Assembly (NCBI GenBank): GCA_964474885.1
Contig: CAYYWO010000001.1
Span: 1-51,379, forward strand
Source: Candidatus Hadarchaeota archaeon
GTDB taxonomy: Archaea; Hadarchaeota; Hadarchaeia; Hadarchaeales; JAWBSP01
Direction of reading: 5' to 3'
Length of the DNA stretch: 51,379 bases
A program made the position numbers and the translations under genes. Shown one piece after another: positions 28,469-37,579 of the stretch (position 1 is the first letter of the stretch; every line of letters starts with the position of its first letter). The notes under the pieces are model-generated. The model was not told the DNA's origin. It saw only the letters and a list, made by a program, of their open reading frames with translations, and made no database searches.

Positions 28469-28881
28469 GGGAGTACCACGATTTCCGTGAGGCCATGCGA
28501 AGGTTGGATTTGATACACTCATTGGGCCCCAAGCAGCTCGTCAAGTACAAGTTCTTGGTTGACTTGGGCGAAATGGCCGTGGATGATGCCATCCGCTCCC
28601 TCGTCAGGATGGGGAAGCAAATCCTTAGGTCGGAAATCACAGAGGAAAAGCAGGTCATCGAAGCTCTCAGAAAGAAGAAGATCCTGAACGCTCAGCAGGC
28701 GAGGAGTTTTAGTAAGCTGCTGACCTTCAGGGAGGCTCTTGAGGAAGCGAAATCCGCCGATGAGAAGGAGAGGATTTCGGCAAGGGAGGTTCACGCCGCA
28801 TTTGAGAGGCTCAGGAAGGAGCTGATGAGTCTGTGGGAGATCCTACGTAAACAGCTGCCTTTCGAGGTTCGGGAGACCTAG
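28465..28881 (+). CDS. HEPN/DUF86-like protein lacking RxxxxH
   Basis: EEKQVIEALRKKKILN..ARSFSKLLTFREALEE resembles the DUF86 core, but the catalytic His is missing. Confidence 0.55.
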   Translation: MREYHDFREAMRRLDLIHSLGPKQLVKYKFLVDLGEMAVDDAIRSLVRMGKQILRSEITEEKQVIEALRKKKILNAQQARSFSKLLTFREALEEAKSADEKERISAREVHAAFERLRKELMSLWEILRKQLPFEVRET

Positions 28882-29294
28882 CTGATGTAGTACAGCCCTC
28901 CTTTCTCTTGCTTCTGGGCCGGAGGTGGACCGGGCACAGGGAGAGGTGGCGGCACACCTATGCTCTTCGAGAGGATGACAGCCTCCGCTAAGGATGCCGT
29001 CGTTATGCTTTGCAGAACTGAGGGAGGTGGTGGGAGGCGCTTGTTGTATCCCTCTTCGATCTTCTTAAGCTCCTCCTCTTTTCCTGTCACGATAGCCCTC
29101 CCCTTCAGGCTTATTTGTGCTACCGAGGGATTGTACGAGATCGAGACCACAAACGGTAACACGAGGCCTCTCTCGCTCTTCTCCAGACCGGTTACGCTCA
29201 CGTTGGCCGAGATGTGCACATTAGATGGTAGGGGCTTGGAGAACTCCCAGAGCTTCTCCGCGGAAAGGTAGTAAATCTGAACGGTTATCTGCAT
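28878..29294 (-). CDS. Conserved archaeal protein, possible SecB-like fold
   Basis: Beta-rich FVVSISYNPSVAQISLKG, helix, then GVPPPLP. The longer track ORF runs into the tRNA, so it was trimmed. Confidence 0.65.
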   Translation of the reverse strand: MQITVQIYYLSAEKLWEFSKPLPSNVHISANVSVTGLEKSERGLVLPFVVSISYNPSVAQISLKGRAIVTGKEEELKKIEEGYNKRLPPPPSVLQSITTASLAEAVILSKSIGVPPPLPVPGPPPAQKQEKGGLYYIS

Positions 29295-29343
29295 TCTTTT
29301 CTGGCTTTTCAAGACTAAATAGAACCACGAAGTAAAATTTAGA

Positions 29344-29464
29344 GGGGCCGTGGTGTAGCTTGGTCTAGCACGGCGGGCTCCAGCGGAAGGGGTTAGCTGA
29401 GGCGATGATGAGCCGTTGGAGCCGAAGAAACCCGCAAACCCGGGTTCAAATCCTGGCGGCCCCA
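29344..29464 (+). tRNA. tRNA-Trp (CCA) with an intron at 37/38 (29384-29429)
   Basis: GGGGCCG acceptor; GCGGG-CT-CCA-G[intron]A-CCCGC anticodon arm; CCGGG-TTCAAAT-CCTGG T arm. Confidence 0.94.
29384..29429 (+). ncRNA. tRNA-Trp intron-encoded box C/D guide RNA
   Basis: D' CTGA and C' ATGATGA present. The GGGTT guide places its fifth nucleotide upstream of D' opposite C39. CCGTTGGAG is complementary to the anticodon loop. Confidence 0.75.
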
Positions 29465-29696
29465 CTAACCTTCTGGAATCTGAGATGTCAAAGATGACTA
29501 AGGTTGGATTTCACTATCCCGCTCGATCGCAACCTCGGCGTTTTTCTTTTAATCAGCGCATGTGATAAGCTCGGAGAGCGACCCTCAGAAGGATTTTTCA
29601 ACCATCTTAGGCACTGTTTCAGCCTTGATTTAGCGACGCGGGGAGGAGACAAAAACGTGTTTATTCTGGGGCTACGAACGGTCTCAGTTTTTATCG

Positions 29697-32600
29697 GTGC
29701 TTCACTCAAAATTAGATCGACGGGGGAGGGGAGTTTTGAGGTGCACGGGATACACCTTAGTGTTTCTGGCTCTCTTCCTAGCTCTAGTCCCAGCTGCCAG
29801 GGGCTGGGATAATCTCTCGGGAGGTGATCACCAGGGATCCAACTGGGTGATCTCTTCAGACACGGAAATAGCGGGCAACCACTACAACATACGCCTTTTC
29901 CGGATCTTGCCCGGCGTCAAGGTGACGGTGAAACCCTACGACGGTTCTAACTATGGCTGGTTGGAGATCCACGCAGAGAATATAGTCATCCAAGGGATAC
30001 TGAGCGCCGACGAAGCCGGGTATCGCCCAGCAGAAGGACCTGGAGCTGGAGAAAACGGTACCCACTTATCTGCTGCGGGCGGCCCTAGCTACGGGAGCTT
30101 GGCAGGCTTTTCTGTTGAAATGGGTTCGGGCGGCGGAAATGCCATCTCCATCAAGGTCACCAGTAGTAACATTGAGCGTTATGGAGGCGGAGGTGCAGGT
30201 TACGGAGGGAGAGGAGGGAGGGCGAGTGAGAGTACAAGCTTCGAGGATGATTACAATATAATATATGGCGGATGTGGCGGGGGGAAAATCCTCCTCTTTT
30301 CGAACACGGTTTTGATATCGGGTTCATTGACGGCTAAAGGCGGCAAGGGTCAGGACGTCAGCGGTTTTGGCGCGGGAGGTGGCGGAAGCGGTGGGGGGAT
30401 CTTGATCTCAGCAGACAACGTGCGGATTTCGGGAACGGTCAGCGTTCGTGGGGGCGACGGTGGTTATGCTAGTGGAGAAGCCGGGCATGGGGGAGGGGGT
30501 GCGGGCGGGCGAATCAAAATTTTCGCGTCCCGTCTTGATATTTCGGGCACGATAGATGTGAGCGGTGGGGATGGAGGCGGAGGAGCGCACTACCCAGGCC
30601 AACCCGGACAACCCGGGACCTTTTACACTGAAGGTGGCCCCTTCTTGACCAGCCCAGACAACAATGCCCTCGTCTCCTCTAAAAGTGTACAGTTCATGTG
30701 GTCCGATGCCTACGCCGACAACTACCGGATTCTTATCGCACGCGATGCTTCGTTCTCAAACATTGTGGAAAATGTGACACTTTCGGGTAGCACGACTTCT
30801 TATACCGTTGCGCTTCCTGGAGGCGACCTTTACTGGAGGGTCGTTGCAATCAGATCTATTGGTGAGAACTCATCAGAAGTTTACCATCTGAGGCACTACC
30901 TCCCACCTGAAATCCTTTCCATCACATGCGACAATACAGTAGTAGACAGAAAAGTCGAGTCTTGGTGGGCGGTGGGCGGAACGCGGATTTCTATTACCGT
31001 GAGGGACGACGACGGTAACACCGCCTTATCTCCAGAAGATGTCCGAATACGGATTCGGGGCGCGGACGGTAGCTTGGTTGTAGAAAATGTGCCCCCGTGC
31101 AGTTATGCGGATGTGGACGAAAACACCCGGGTATTCTACTATCTCTACGATCCGGCGGATTCTCTCCCTGACTCGGCCCTTGGTCCGTTTGATGTCCAAG
31201 TGTTTGTCTCTGACATTTACGGGATGACTGACAACGAGGACTTCGACGGGATGGGAAAAGATTTGTTCGTCGTGAACGATCTAGAGGTCAGTCTGTTGAT
31301 TACGGACAATACTCCAATTTGGCAACTGGAAGTAAAGGGGAGCGCGCTCAGAGTTTACGAAAACCAGTTCACGAGTCTCGACAACGTGGTGATCGTGGAC
31401 AACAACGAGGGGAAGATCCAGGCCACCTTCGCTGACAACTCGTTCTCTGGGGCCTACGGCCTCGTTTCGCCTGTACGCCTGCACCACGGCGATTGTGGTC
31501 AGATTTACATTGTTGCTAGAGATAACGCACTAGACGGGGTGAGCCAAATCCTAACCTACCAGGTTGAGGGAGACAACTTGAAAATCCTGGACATTATCTG
31601 CACTAGGTACCCGGACAGGACGGAGCTGGTCTTTGAAGCCAGATGGGCCTCTGACGATTCAAATGTGGGCTACGGGACAGTTTGCCTCCCCGAGAACTCG
31701 GAGGTCTCCTGCCAGATTTTGAACGGATCTGGGACCTTGGTCTTCCCGCACTCGGTCAGGGTGGACTCCGGGAGCAGGACTCTGACATGCCTGGATGACG
31801 CGGACAGGCCGATATGGCAGATCCTCAGCCAGAGCTTCTCCTTCAACGTTCTTCCCGTTGCGACCGATTTGAAGGCAGACAACCGCCCGCTACCGGCTAG
31901 GGTGACGGCCTGCCCCGTGTTCAGCTGGACATTCCGCGACAACAATCCTAACGACGTGCAGTACGGTGTGCATATCCAGGTCGGCAGCGCCCCCGGCGAG
32001 AACGACCTCTGGGACTGGATAGACCCCGGCTTCACCCTGCAGGAGAAGGCCTACGAGGGCCTTGCCCTGCAGAGAGGGCAGACATACTATATAAGGATAA
32101 TCGTCAGGGACTCCAACCTGATGGAGTGGCAGAACGCCGACAATGAGGAATTCTGGACCGAGGCTCGGTTTAGGGTGAACAGGCTGGGCGAGATCAAGCA
32201 GTTGCTGGTGAACGGGGAGACGTCCCCCGAGGTGTCTGATGAGACCCTGGAGTTTGAGTGGAGCTTCTTAGATCCGGATGGTGACGCGCCTGTGACCTTT
32301 GAGATAGCAGTGGGAACCCGACCGTCGCAGGGGGACGTATGGAGGGTGGAGGTTCCGGGGAACATCAACAAAACCCTGTACAAAGGGTCACCCCTGTCTG
32401 CAGGCACATATTACGTTGGAGTGAGGGGCTTTGACGGGTTGGAATGGTCGGAGTGGAGATGGACAAGCTTCACAGTGTTACCTGCTCAGGTCGAGGAGCC
32501 AGCCCAAGTTGTGGTTGAGAATGAACCGCATGACAATAATCCCCCTCTTATTCAGGTCGTACAGTTTGAGGAAAACCTTCACGAGGGAGACGATCTCCAC

Positions 32601-33308
32601 GTCAGATTTCTAATCGCCGATGAGTCAGGCATCTCAGGCATCGAGGTTTACTGGGATAATGAGCTGGTACCCTGCGATTTCAACGAAAACATACTCTCAG
32701 TCGAAATCAGAGGCCTGAAGACTGGGAGGCATACCCTGCTGGTGCTGGCTTTGGATGCCTTGGGAAATGTTTCATTTCTGTCCAGGACGGTGAGGGTCTC
32801 CCCGAAGCCTTTGCCGATAAAAGTCGATTTGCTCTCCCCAAGCAGGCTCGTGCCCGAAAACGGGTACGCTCAGCTCGTGCTTCTCGTGCAGAATCCAAAT
32901 CCCGAGGAGAAGGAGGTAAGCCTGATGATCTCGATAGGTGGGAGAATACGGAGCCTGGGTCTCATCCTCTCTCCGTTTGAGAACCGCTTGGTATCGATCA
33001 ACACGTTTTTGGGCTCGAAAGAGGGTGAACTGCCCCTCCGCGTCCTCGACAATACTGGCAGGACGCTGGTTTCGACCAGCTTGCAGCTGGCGGGCTCTCG
33101 ACCCGGGGAGATAGGTGAGGAGAGGCCAGAATCCACCGATCTGTTACTGCTGCTCCTTGTTGTACCAGCGGCCGCCCTACCTCTCGCGGTTGTCCTTCGG
33201 AGGCGAAAAAGACCGAGGCAGAGGGTCACGGAGACCGAACCAGTGCAGAAGGAAGTCCCCGAGGTGGTCAGGGCCTTAGTTTCATTGCTCGAGGAGGAAA
33301 ATGACTAG
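29697..33308 (+). CDS. Large secreted, membrane-anchored surface protein (Gly-rich N-domain, Ig/FN3-like domains, C-terminal TM)
   Basis: Signal peptide LVFLALFLALVPAARG; GGGSGG-type repeats; C-terminal LLLLLLVVPAAALPLAVVL-RRRKR. Confidence 0.85.
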   Translation: MLHSKLDRRGRGVLRCTGYTLVFLALFLALVPAARGWDNLSGGDHQGSNWVISSDTEIAGNHYNIRLFRILPGVKVTVKPYDGSNYGWLEIHAENIVIQGILSADEAGYRPAEGPGAGENGTHLSAAGGPSYGSLAGFSVEMGSGGGNAISIKVTSSNIERYGGGGAGYGGRGGRASESTSFEDDYNIIYGGCGGGKILLFSNTVLISGSLTAKGGKGQDVSGFGAGGGGSGGGILISADNVRISGTVSVRGGDGGYASGEAGHGGGGAGGRIKIFASRLDISGTIDVSGGDGGGGAHYPGQPGQPGTFYTEGGPFLTSPDNNALVSSKSVQFMWSDAYADNYRILIARDASFSNIVENVTLSGSTTSYTVALPGGDLYWRVVAIRSIGENSSEVYHLRHYLPPEILSITCDNTVVDRKVESWWAVGGTRISITVRDDDGNTALSPEDVRIRIRGADGSLVVENVPPCSYADVDENTRVFYYLYDPADSLPDSALGPFDVQVFVSDIYGMTDNEDFDGMGKDLFVVNDLEVSLLITDNTPIWQLEVKGSALRVYENQFTSLDNVVIVDNNEGKIQATFADNSFSGAYGLVSPVRLHHGDCGQIYIVARDNALDGVSQILTYQVEGDNLKILDIICTRYPDRTELVFEARWASDDSNVGYGTVCLPENSEVSCQILNGSGTLVFPHSVRVDSGSRTLTCLDDADRPIWQILSQSFSFNVLPVATDLKADNRPLPARVTACPVFSWTFRDNNPNDVQYGVHIQVGSAPGENDLWDWIDPGFTLQEKAYEGLALQRGQTYYIRIIVRDSNLMEWQNADNEEFWTEARFRVNRLGEIKQLLVNGETSPEVSDETLEFEWSFLDPDGDAPVTFEIAVGTRPSQGDVWRVEVPGNINKTLYKGSPLSAGTYYVGVRGFDGLEWSEWRWTSFTVLPAQVEEPAQVVVENEPHDNNPPLIQVVQFEENLHEGDDLHVRFLIADESGISGIEVYWDNELVPCDFNENILSVEIRGLKTGRHTLLVLALDALGNVSFLSRTVRVSPKPLPIKVDLLSPSRLVPENGYAQLVLLVQNPNPEEKEVSLMISIGGRIRSLGLILSPFENRLVSINTFLGSKEGELPLRVLDNTGRTLVSTSLQLAGSRPGEIGEERPESTDLLLLLLVVPAAALPLAVVLRRRKRPRQRVTETEPVQKEVPEVVRALVSLLEEEND

Positions 33309-34143
33309 CCTAGCGGTGGCGGCCATAAAGGGGGGAACGGGCAAGAGTACAATAGCGCTCGGTTTGGCGGTGGAGTTCTGTAAGAAGTACAAGTCCGTTC
33401 TGATCTTGGATGGGGATCAGCACGTCAGGACCAGTGAGCTGAAGCTTATAGAGGTTAGGCGTGGAGAGCCCAGATTGAGGGAAGTTCTGGAAGGCAAGGC
33501 AGATTGGAGGGAGGCGATTTATGCTTGTTGCTTGCAGAGGGGAGATGAATACCTCCTGCCCAACCTGTACGTTCTGCCAGCCGGCTCTGCTTTCCTTCCC
33601 GATCTCGAACTAGGATTCCCCGTCGAGGTCTTCTGGCAGCGTGTTCAGAAGTTTGATGGTATCATGAAGGAGCTTGAGAGGCATGTTGATCTGATAATAA
33701 TCGACACACCCGCAAACTTCAGTAGGGAGCATCTCGTTCTTCTTTCCGCCTCCGATGCAATCCTTCCCGTTTTGAATCCAGATGACGATACTTTCCTCTC
33801 CACGAAAAAGAAGCTGCATGAGTTGCAGGATTTCCTAGGGGAGTTCCAGATCCCCGGTTGCGTGCTGAACAGGGTGCCCTTGGATTTCGATGAGGATTAC
33901 TGGTTGCACAGGGCCGAAAAAGAAATTGCCCCAGTCCTTGGTATAGTACACATGGATGAATTAGTAACTAGGGCATTCAGCGAGAATTTGCCCGTCCAAG
34001 TAAGATATCCTAATTGCAGGGCCTCCAAGGAGCTGGAACAGCTTGCTAAAAGCGTAGCTAGGTTCAGGATTAAACCTAGGAAGCTGCAGATCGTGGGGCG
34101 TTTGGACAGAGCTCTGACCAAGTTACGCATGCTCAGAGGATGA
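33301..34143 (+). CDS. MinD/ParA-family ATPase (paralog of 6620-7447)
   Basis: KGGTGKST, DGDQHVRTSELK, IIDTPA..EHL, VLNRVP; overlaps the upstream gene by 8 nt. Confidence 0.9.
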   Translation: MTSLAVAAIKGGTGKSTIALGLAVEFCKKYKSVLILDGDQHVRTSELKLIEVRRGEPRLREVLEGKADWREAIYACCLQRGDEYLLPNLYVLPAGSAFLPDLELGFPVEVFWQRVQKFDGIMKELERHVDLIIIDTPANFSREHLVLLSASDAILPVLNPDDDTFLSTKKKLHELQDFLGEFQIPGCVLNRVPLDFDEDYWLHRAEKEIAPVLGIVHMDELVTRAFSENLPVQVRYPNCRASKELEQLAKSVARFRIKPRKLQIVGRLDRALTKLRMLRG

Positions 34144-36077
34144 TCGAACCCTCGCCAGAAAACCTGCAAAAGGAGTGGCTGCTGACAAATGGTCTGGGTG
34201 GATACGCCTCCTCGACGATCCTGAACCTGCACACCAGGAAATACCATGGTCTTTTGGTCGCGACCTTGGGTTCACCGTGGTCCAGAAGACTCCTTCTGTC
34301 CAAACTCTGGATCGAGGCTGATACGAGTCTGGGTAGCTTCCATCTGGACTCGAACTTCTTTCCAGGTTGCATTCACCCCCAAGGTTACGAGTACCTGAAG
34401 GAGTTCAGGCTCGATCCCTTTCCCACTTTTGTCTATGAGGCACCCGGCATCCAGCTAGAACAGGTAATCTGTATGCCCCACGGCATGAACGCGATTGTGG
34501 TTGGTTTGAGGGTGCTTTCCCGAACTGGAGCAAAACTCAGAGTCTACCCACTGGTCAACTGCAGGAGCATTCATAGTCTAACCAAGATGGGTGATCTGAC
34601 ATTCGAACAGGAAAGGATCGAGGGCGGTGTCCATCTGAAGGCAAAGCCAGAAAACATCAGCATCTATTTGGGTTCGGATCAGGCGGTCTATGTTCCCTCT
34701 ACTTTGGAAGAGCGAGAGCGCTGGTATCTCAACATGGAGTATCCCGAAGAGAGGCACAGGGGATACGGATACCGAGAAGATCACTACTGTCCAGGATTTT
34801 TCGAGGTAGAGACGAAGCTGGCAAATTTATACTTGATTGGATCTGGAGGATGGCAGGGGAGGGAGGCATACTTCGAACTCCTGCAGAATCCGGCTACAGC
34901 TCTCTCCAAAGAAAGACGGAGATGGAGAGCACTAGTTTCCGTTCGTGCTGAGTTGTACCCCCTTACGGCTATAGCGGATAGTTTCATCGTTAGAGGGAGC
35001 ACTGGGACTTACGTCGTGGCAGGTTACCACTGGTTCTCGGTGTGGATGAGGGATACTTTCATTAGTTTGCCTGGATTAACGCTGGTGCTGGGTAGATTCG
35101 AAGACGCTAAGGATGTGCTTCTGACCTCCCTGTCACATCTCCGGAATGGGGTTTTTCCGAACTTCATTGAGGAAGGGCGACCAGAGTTTTCCGCCGGTGA
35201 CGTCGGCCTGTGGTTTATCTACGCACTTTGCAAATATATGTCCTATACTAATGATGGAGAGCTACTGCATTTGGTCAGACCACATCTGAGGGAGATAGTG
35301 ACAGCATATGTTTTGGGGAAGGGACCTGCGAAAATGGATGAAGACGGCTTGCTCACCTCTCTTCCTGGGAGCACATGGATGGACGCGAGGGTGGAAGGCA
35401 AAGCCGTCACCCCCCGAGGTGGAAAACCGGTTGAGTTGAACGCCTTGTGGTACAATGCAATCAGTTTCTTGGAGAAGATAGGCGAAAGGGTTCCGATTTC
35501 TTCCTCCGAACTGGAGCGGAGATTCTTGGCGGAGTTCTGGGATGGGGAGAGAGGTTATCTCTGCGATGTTGCGGGGAGTGGGACTAAAGACTGGAGCCTG
35601 AGACCTAACCAGCTTTTCGCTCTCAGCTTGCCCTTTCCTGTGATTAGGAGGAGGGAAATCGCGGAACGCATCCTAGAGAGGGTGAGAAATGAGCTACTGA
35701 CCCCCTTCGGTTTGCGCACCCTAAGCCCTCGTGAGCCAGGCTACAGGGGTGTGTATAGAGGTGACGTTTATGAGAGAGACATGGCGTACCATCAAGGAAC
35801 TGCTTGGCCATGGTTGCTGGGGCATTTTATAACAGCGTCTATCAGGTTTGGGAAAAGCCCGTCGGACATGGTAGCCCTTCTCAAACCTTTCATGTCAAAG
35901 CACCTCAATCAGGCTGGCCTGGGAACTATCTCGGAACTCTTCGATGGGGATCCGCCCCATACTCCCGGCGGATGTATATCTCAAGCTTGGGGCGTTGCTG
36001 AAATCCTCCGTTCGTACATGGAGGATGTACTAGGGATTAGGCCGCCTTACGAGACAGAATACTCTGCAGGTGTATGA
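34140..36077 (+). CDS. Glycogen debranching enzyme (amylo-alpha-1,6-glucosidase, GDE_N+GDE_C)
   Basis: EWLLTNGLGGYAS, AGYHWF..WMRDTFISLPG, TWMDA, RPNQL, YHQGTAWPW, SQAW. Confidence 0.93.
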   Translation: MIEPSPENLQKEWLLTNGLGGYASSTILNLHTRKYHGLLVATLGSPWSRRLLLSKLWIEADTSLGSFHLDSNFFPGCIHPQGYEYLKEFRLDPFPTFVYEAPGIQLEQVICMPHGMNAIVVGLRVLSRTGAKLRVYPLVNCRSIHSLTKMGDLTFEQERIEGGVHLKAKPENISIYLGSDQAVYVPSTLEERERWYLNMEYPEERHRGYGYREDHYCPGFFEVETKLANLYLIGSGGWQGREAYFELLQNPATALSKERRRWRALVSVRAELYPLTAIADSFIVRGSTGTYVVAGYHWFSVWMRDTFISLPGLTLVLGRFEDAKDVLLTSLSHLRNGVFPNFIEEGRPEFSAGDVGLWFIYALCKYMSYTNDGELLHLVRPHLREIVTAYVLGKGPAKMDEDGLLTSLPGSTWMDARVEGKAVTPRGGKPVELNALWYNAISFLEKIGERVPISSSELERRFLAEFWDGERGYLCDVAGSGTKDWSLRPNQLFALSLPFPVIRRREIAERILERVRNELLTPFGLRTLSPREPGYRGVYRGDVYERDMAYHQGTAWPWLLGHFITASIRFGKSPSDMVALLKPFMSKHLNQAGLGTISELFDGDPPHTPGGCISQAWGVAEILRSYMEDVLGIRPPYETEYSAGV

Positions 36078-37579
36078 AAGACATATGTTTGGGATTTGAG
36101 GTTCACCAGCCCTACAGGATTCGAGCTAAGCTAGACGAAAAACTTCCCCTCGAGGAGCGATACTTCGACAACGAGAAGAACAGAACCATCCTCGATAGGG
36201 TATGCAGAAAGTGCTACTTGCCGGCTACCCAGATAATCAGAGAGAACGTGGAGAAGTTTGAGAGCGAAGACAAACCCTTCAAAGTTTGCTTCAGCATTTC
36301 TGGAGTCCTGCTAGAGCAACTAGAAAGATGGAGAAGAGATGTACTTGAGGCATTCCAACAGTTAGCAACCAGTAAATTTGTCGAGTTTTTGAATCAGACC
36401 TATTATCACTCCCTAACGAGCTTATTCTCATCGGAGAGGGAAGAGTTCGTGGAGCAGGTGACCATGCACAGGACTGTGATCAAGGATCTCTTTGGCAGGA
36501 GACCTCGAGTTTTTGAGAATACCGAGTTCATCTATAATAATTCTATTGCTAAAACCGTCCGACGCTTAGGATTCGAGGGTATGCTGACGGAGGGGGCTGA
36601 GCGGATCTTAGGCTGGCGCTCGCCCAATTATGTTTACAAGGCAAGGGACACCGATTTGAAAGTACTTCTGAGGAACTATCAGCTATCGGACGATATAGCC
36701 TTCAGGTTTACCATCGCTAATTGGTCGGAGTATCCTCTTACAGCCGATAAGTATGCTGCTTGGTTGGCGGCCACGCCGGGAGAGTGCATAAACATCTTCA
36801 TAGATTTCGAAACATTCGGAGAACATCACTGGCCTGAGACAGGGATTCTAGAATTTCTTAGGTGGCTTCCAGAGGAGGTTTTAAAACGGGAAAACCTTAG
36901 GTTTGTCACCCCTTCTGAGTTGTTAAACCGGACACCGGTGGGAGAGATAGATGTCTTTGAATACGCTACGGTTTCGTGGGCTGATACGGACAAGGGAATT
37001 AAGGCATGGCTGGGGAACGAAATGCAGAGGATAAGCTACCGTGCCTTGAAGGAAATGGAGCCTTATGTCAAGAGCCTTTGTGATCCAGAACTCCTGCGAA
37101 TTTGGAGGATGTTTGGCATAAGTGACAACATCTACTACATGTACACTGAGTGGGGGCCGTCAGGCGTAGTGCACGGTTATTTCAGCCAGATGTACCCCAC
37201 AGATGCCTTTGCTGCTTTCACCCGCAGTTTTTCAGATTTCCAGGCCCTAGTAATGGAAAAACTGAACGATGAGAAGATAAAGTTACTCAGGATTTTCCCA
37301 CCGGAAAAGGCATTTCACTTCTTTGAGAACAACAGATATGTCACGTCTGTCTTTAGCCTCGTGGAATTGTACGAAAAGGTTGATGCTATCCCCTCTTCAT
37401 GCCTTAGGGCCAACATGCGCGACATCGAGCAATGGATCAGGTGGACGGTCGGAGACGGAGAGATAGCTGACAGGATCAAGGAGCTGCATGAGTTAGACCT
37501 TTCTGGGGAACAATTGAGGAAGAAGGTAAAGGCGGTGCTCGAAGAAAAACTGAGGGCCATAAAGCTGAGGGGCTTATGA
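36074..37579 (+). CDS. Glycoside hydrolase family 57 (alpha-amylase-like)
   Basis: FEVHQP, TYYHSL, NTEFIY, DFETFGEH, SDNIYYM. Confidence 0.93.
   Translation: MKDICLGFEVHQPYRIRAKLDEKLPLEERYFDNEKNRTILDRVCRKCYLPATQIIRENVEKFESEDKPFKVCFSISGVLLEQLERWRRDVLEAFQQLATSKFVEFLNQTYYHSLTSLFSSEREEFVEQVTMHRTVIKDLFGRRPRVFENTEFIYNNSIAKTVRRLGFEGMLTEGAERILGWRSPNYVYKARDTDLKVLLRNYQLSDDIAFRFTIANWSEYPLTADKYAAWLAATPGECINIFIDFETFGEHHWPETGILEFLRWLPEEVLKRENLRFVTPSELLNRTPVGEIDVFEYATVSWADTDKGIKAWLGNEMQRISYRALKEMEPYVKSLCDPELLRIWRMFGISDNIYYMYTEWGPSGVVHGYFSQMYPTDAFAAFTRSFSDFQALVMEKLNDEKIKLLRIFPPEKAFHFFENNRYVTSVFSLVELYEKVDAIPSSCLRANMRDIEQWIRWTVGDGEIADRIKELHELDLSGEQLRKKVKAVLEEKLRAIKLRGL

Noticed and set aside
29295-29465. N-terminal extension of ORF 28878-29465
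   Set aside because: It is antisense to tRNA-Trp. The plausible start is ATG 29294.
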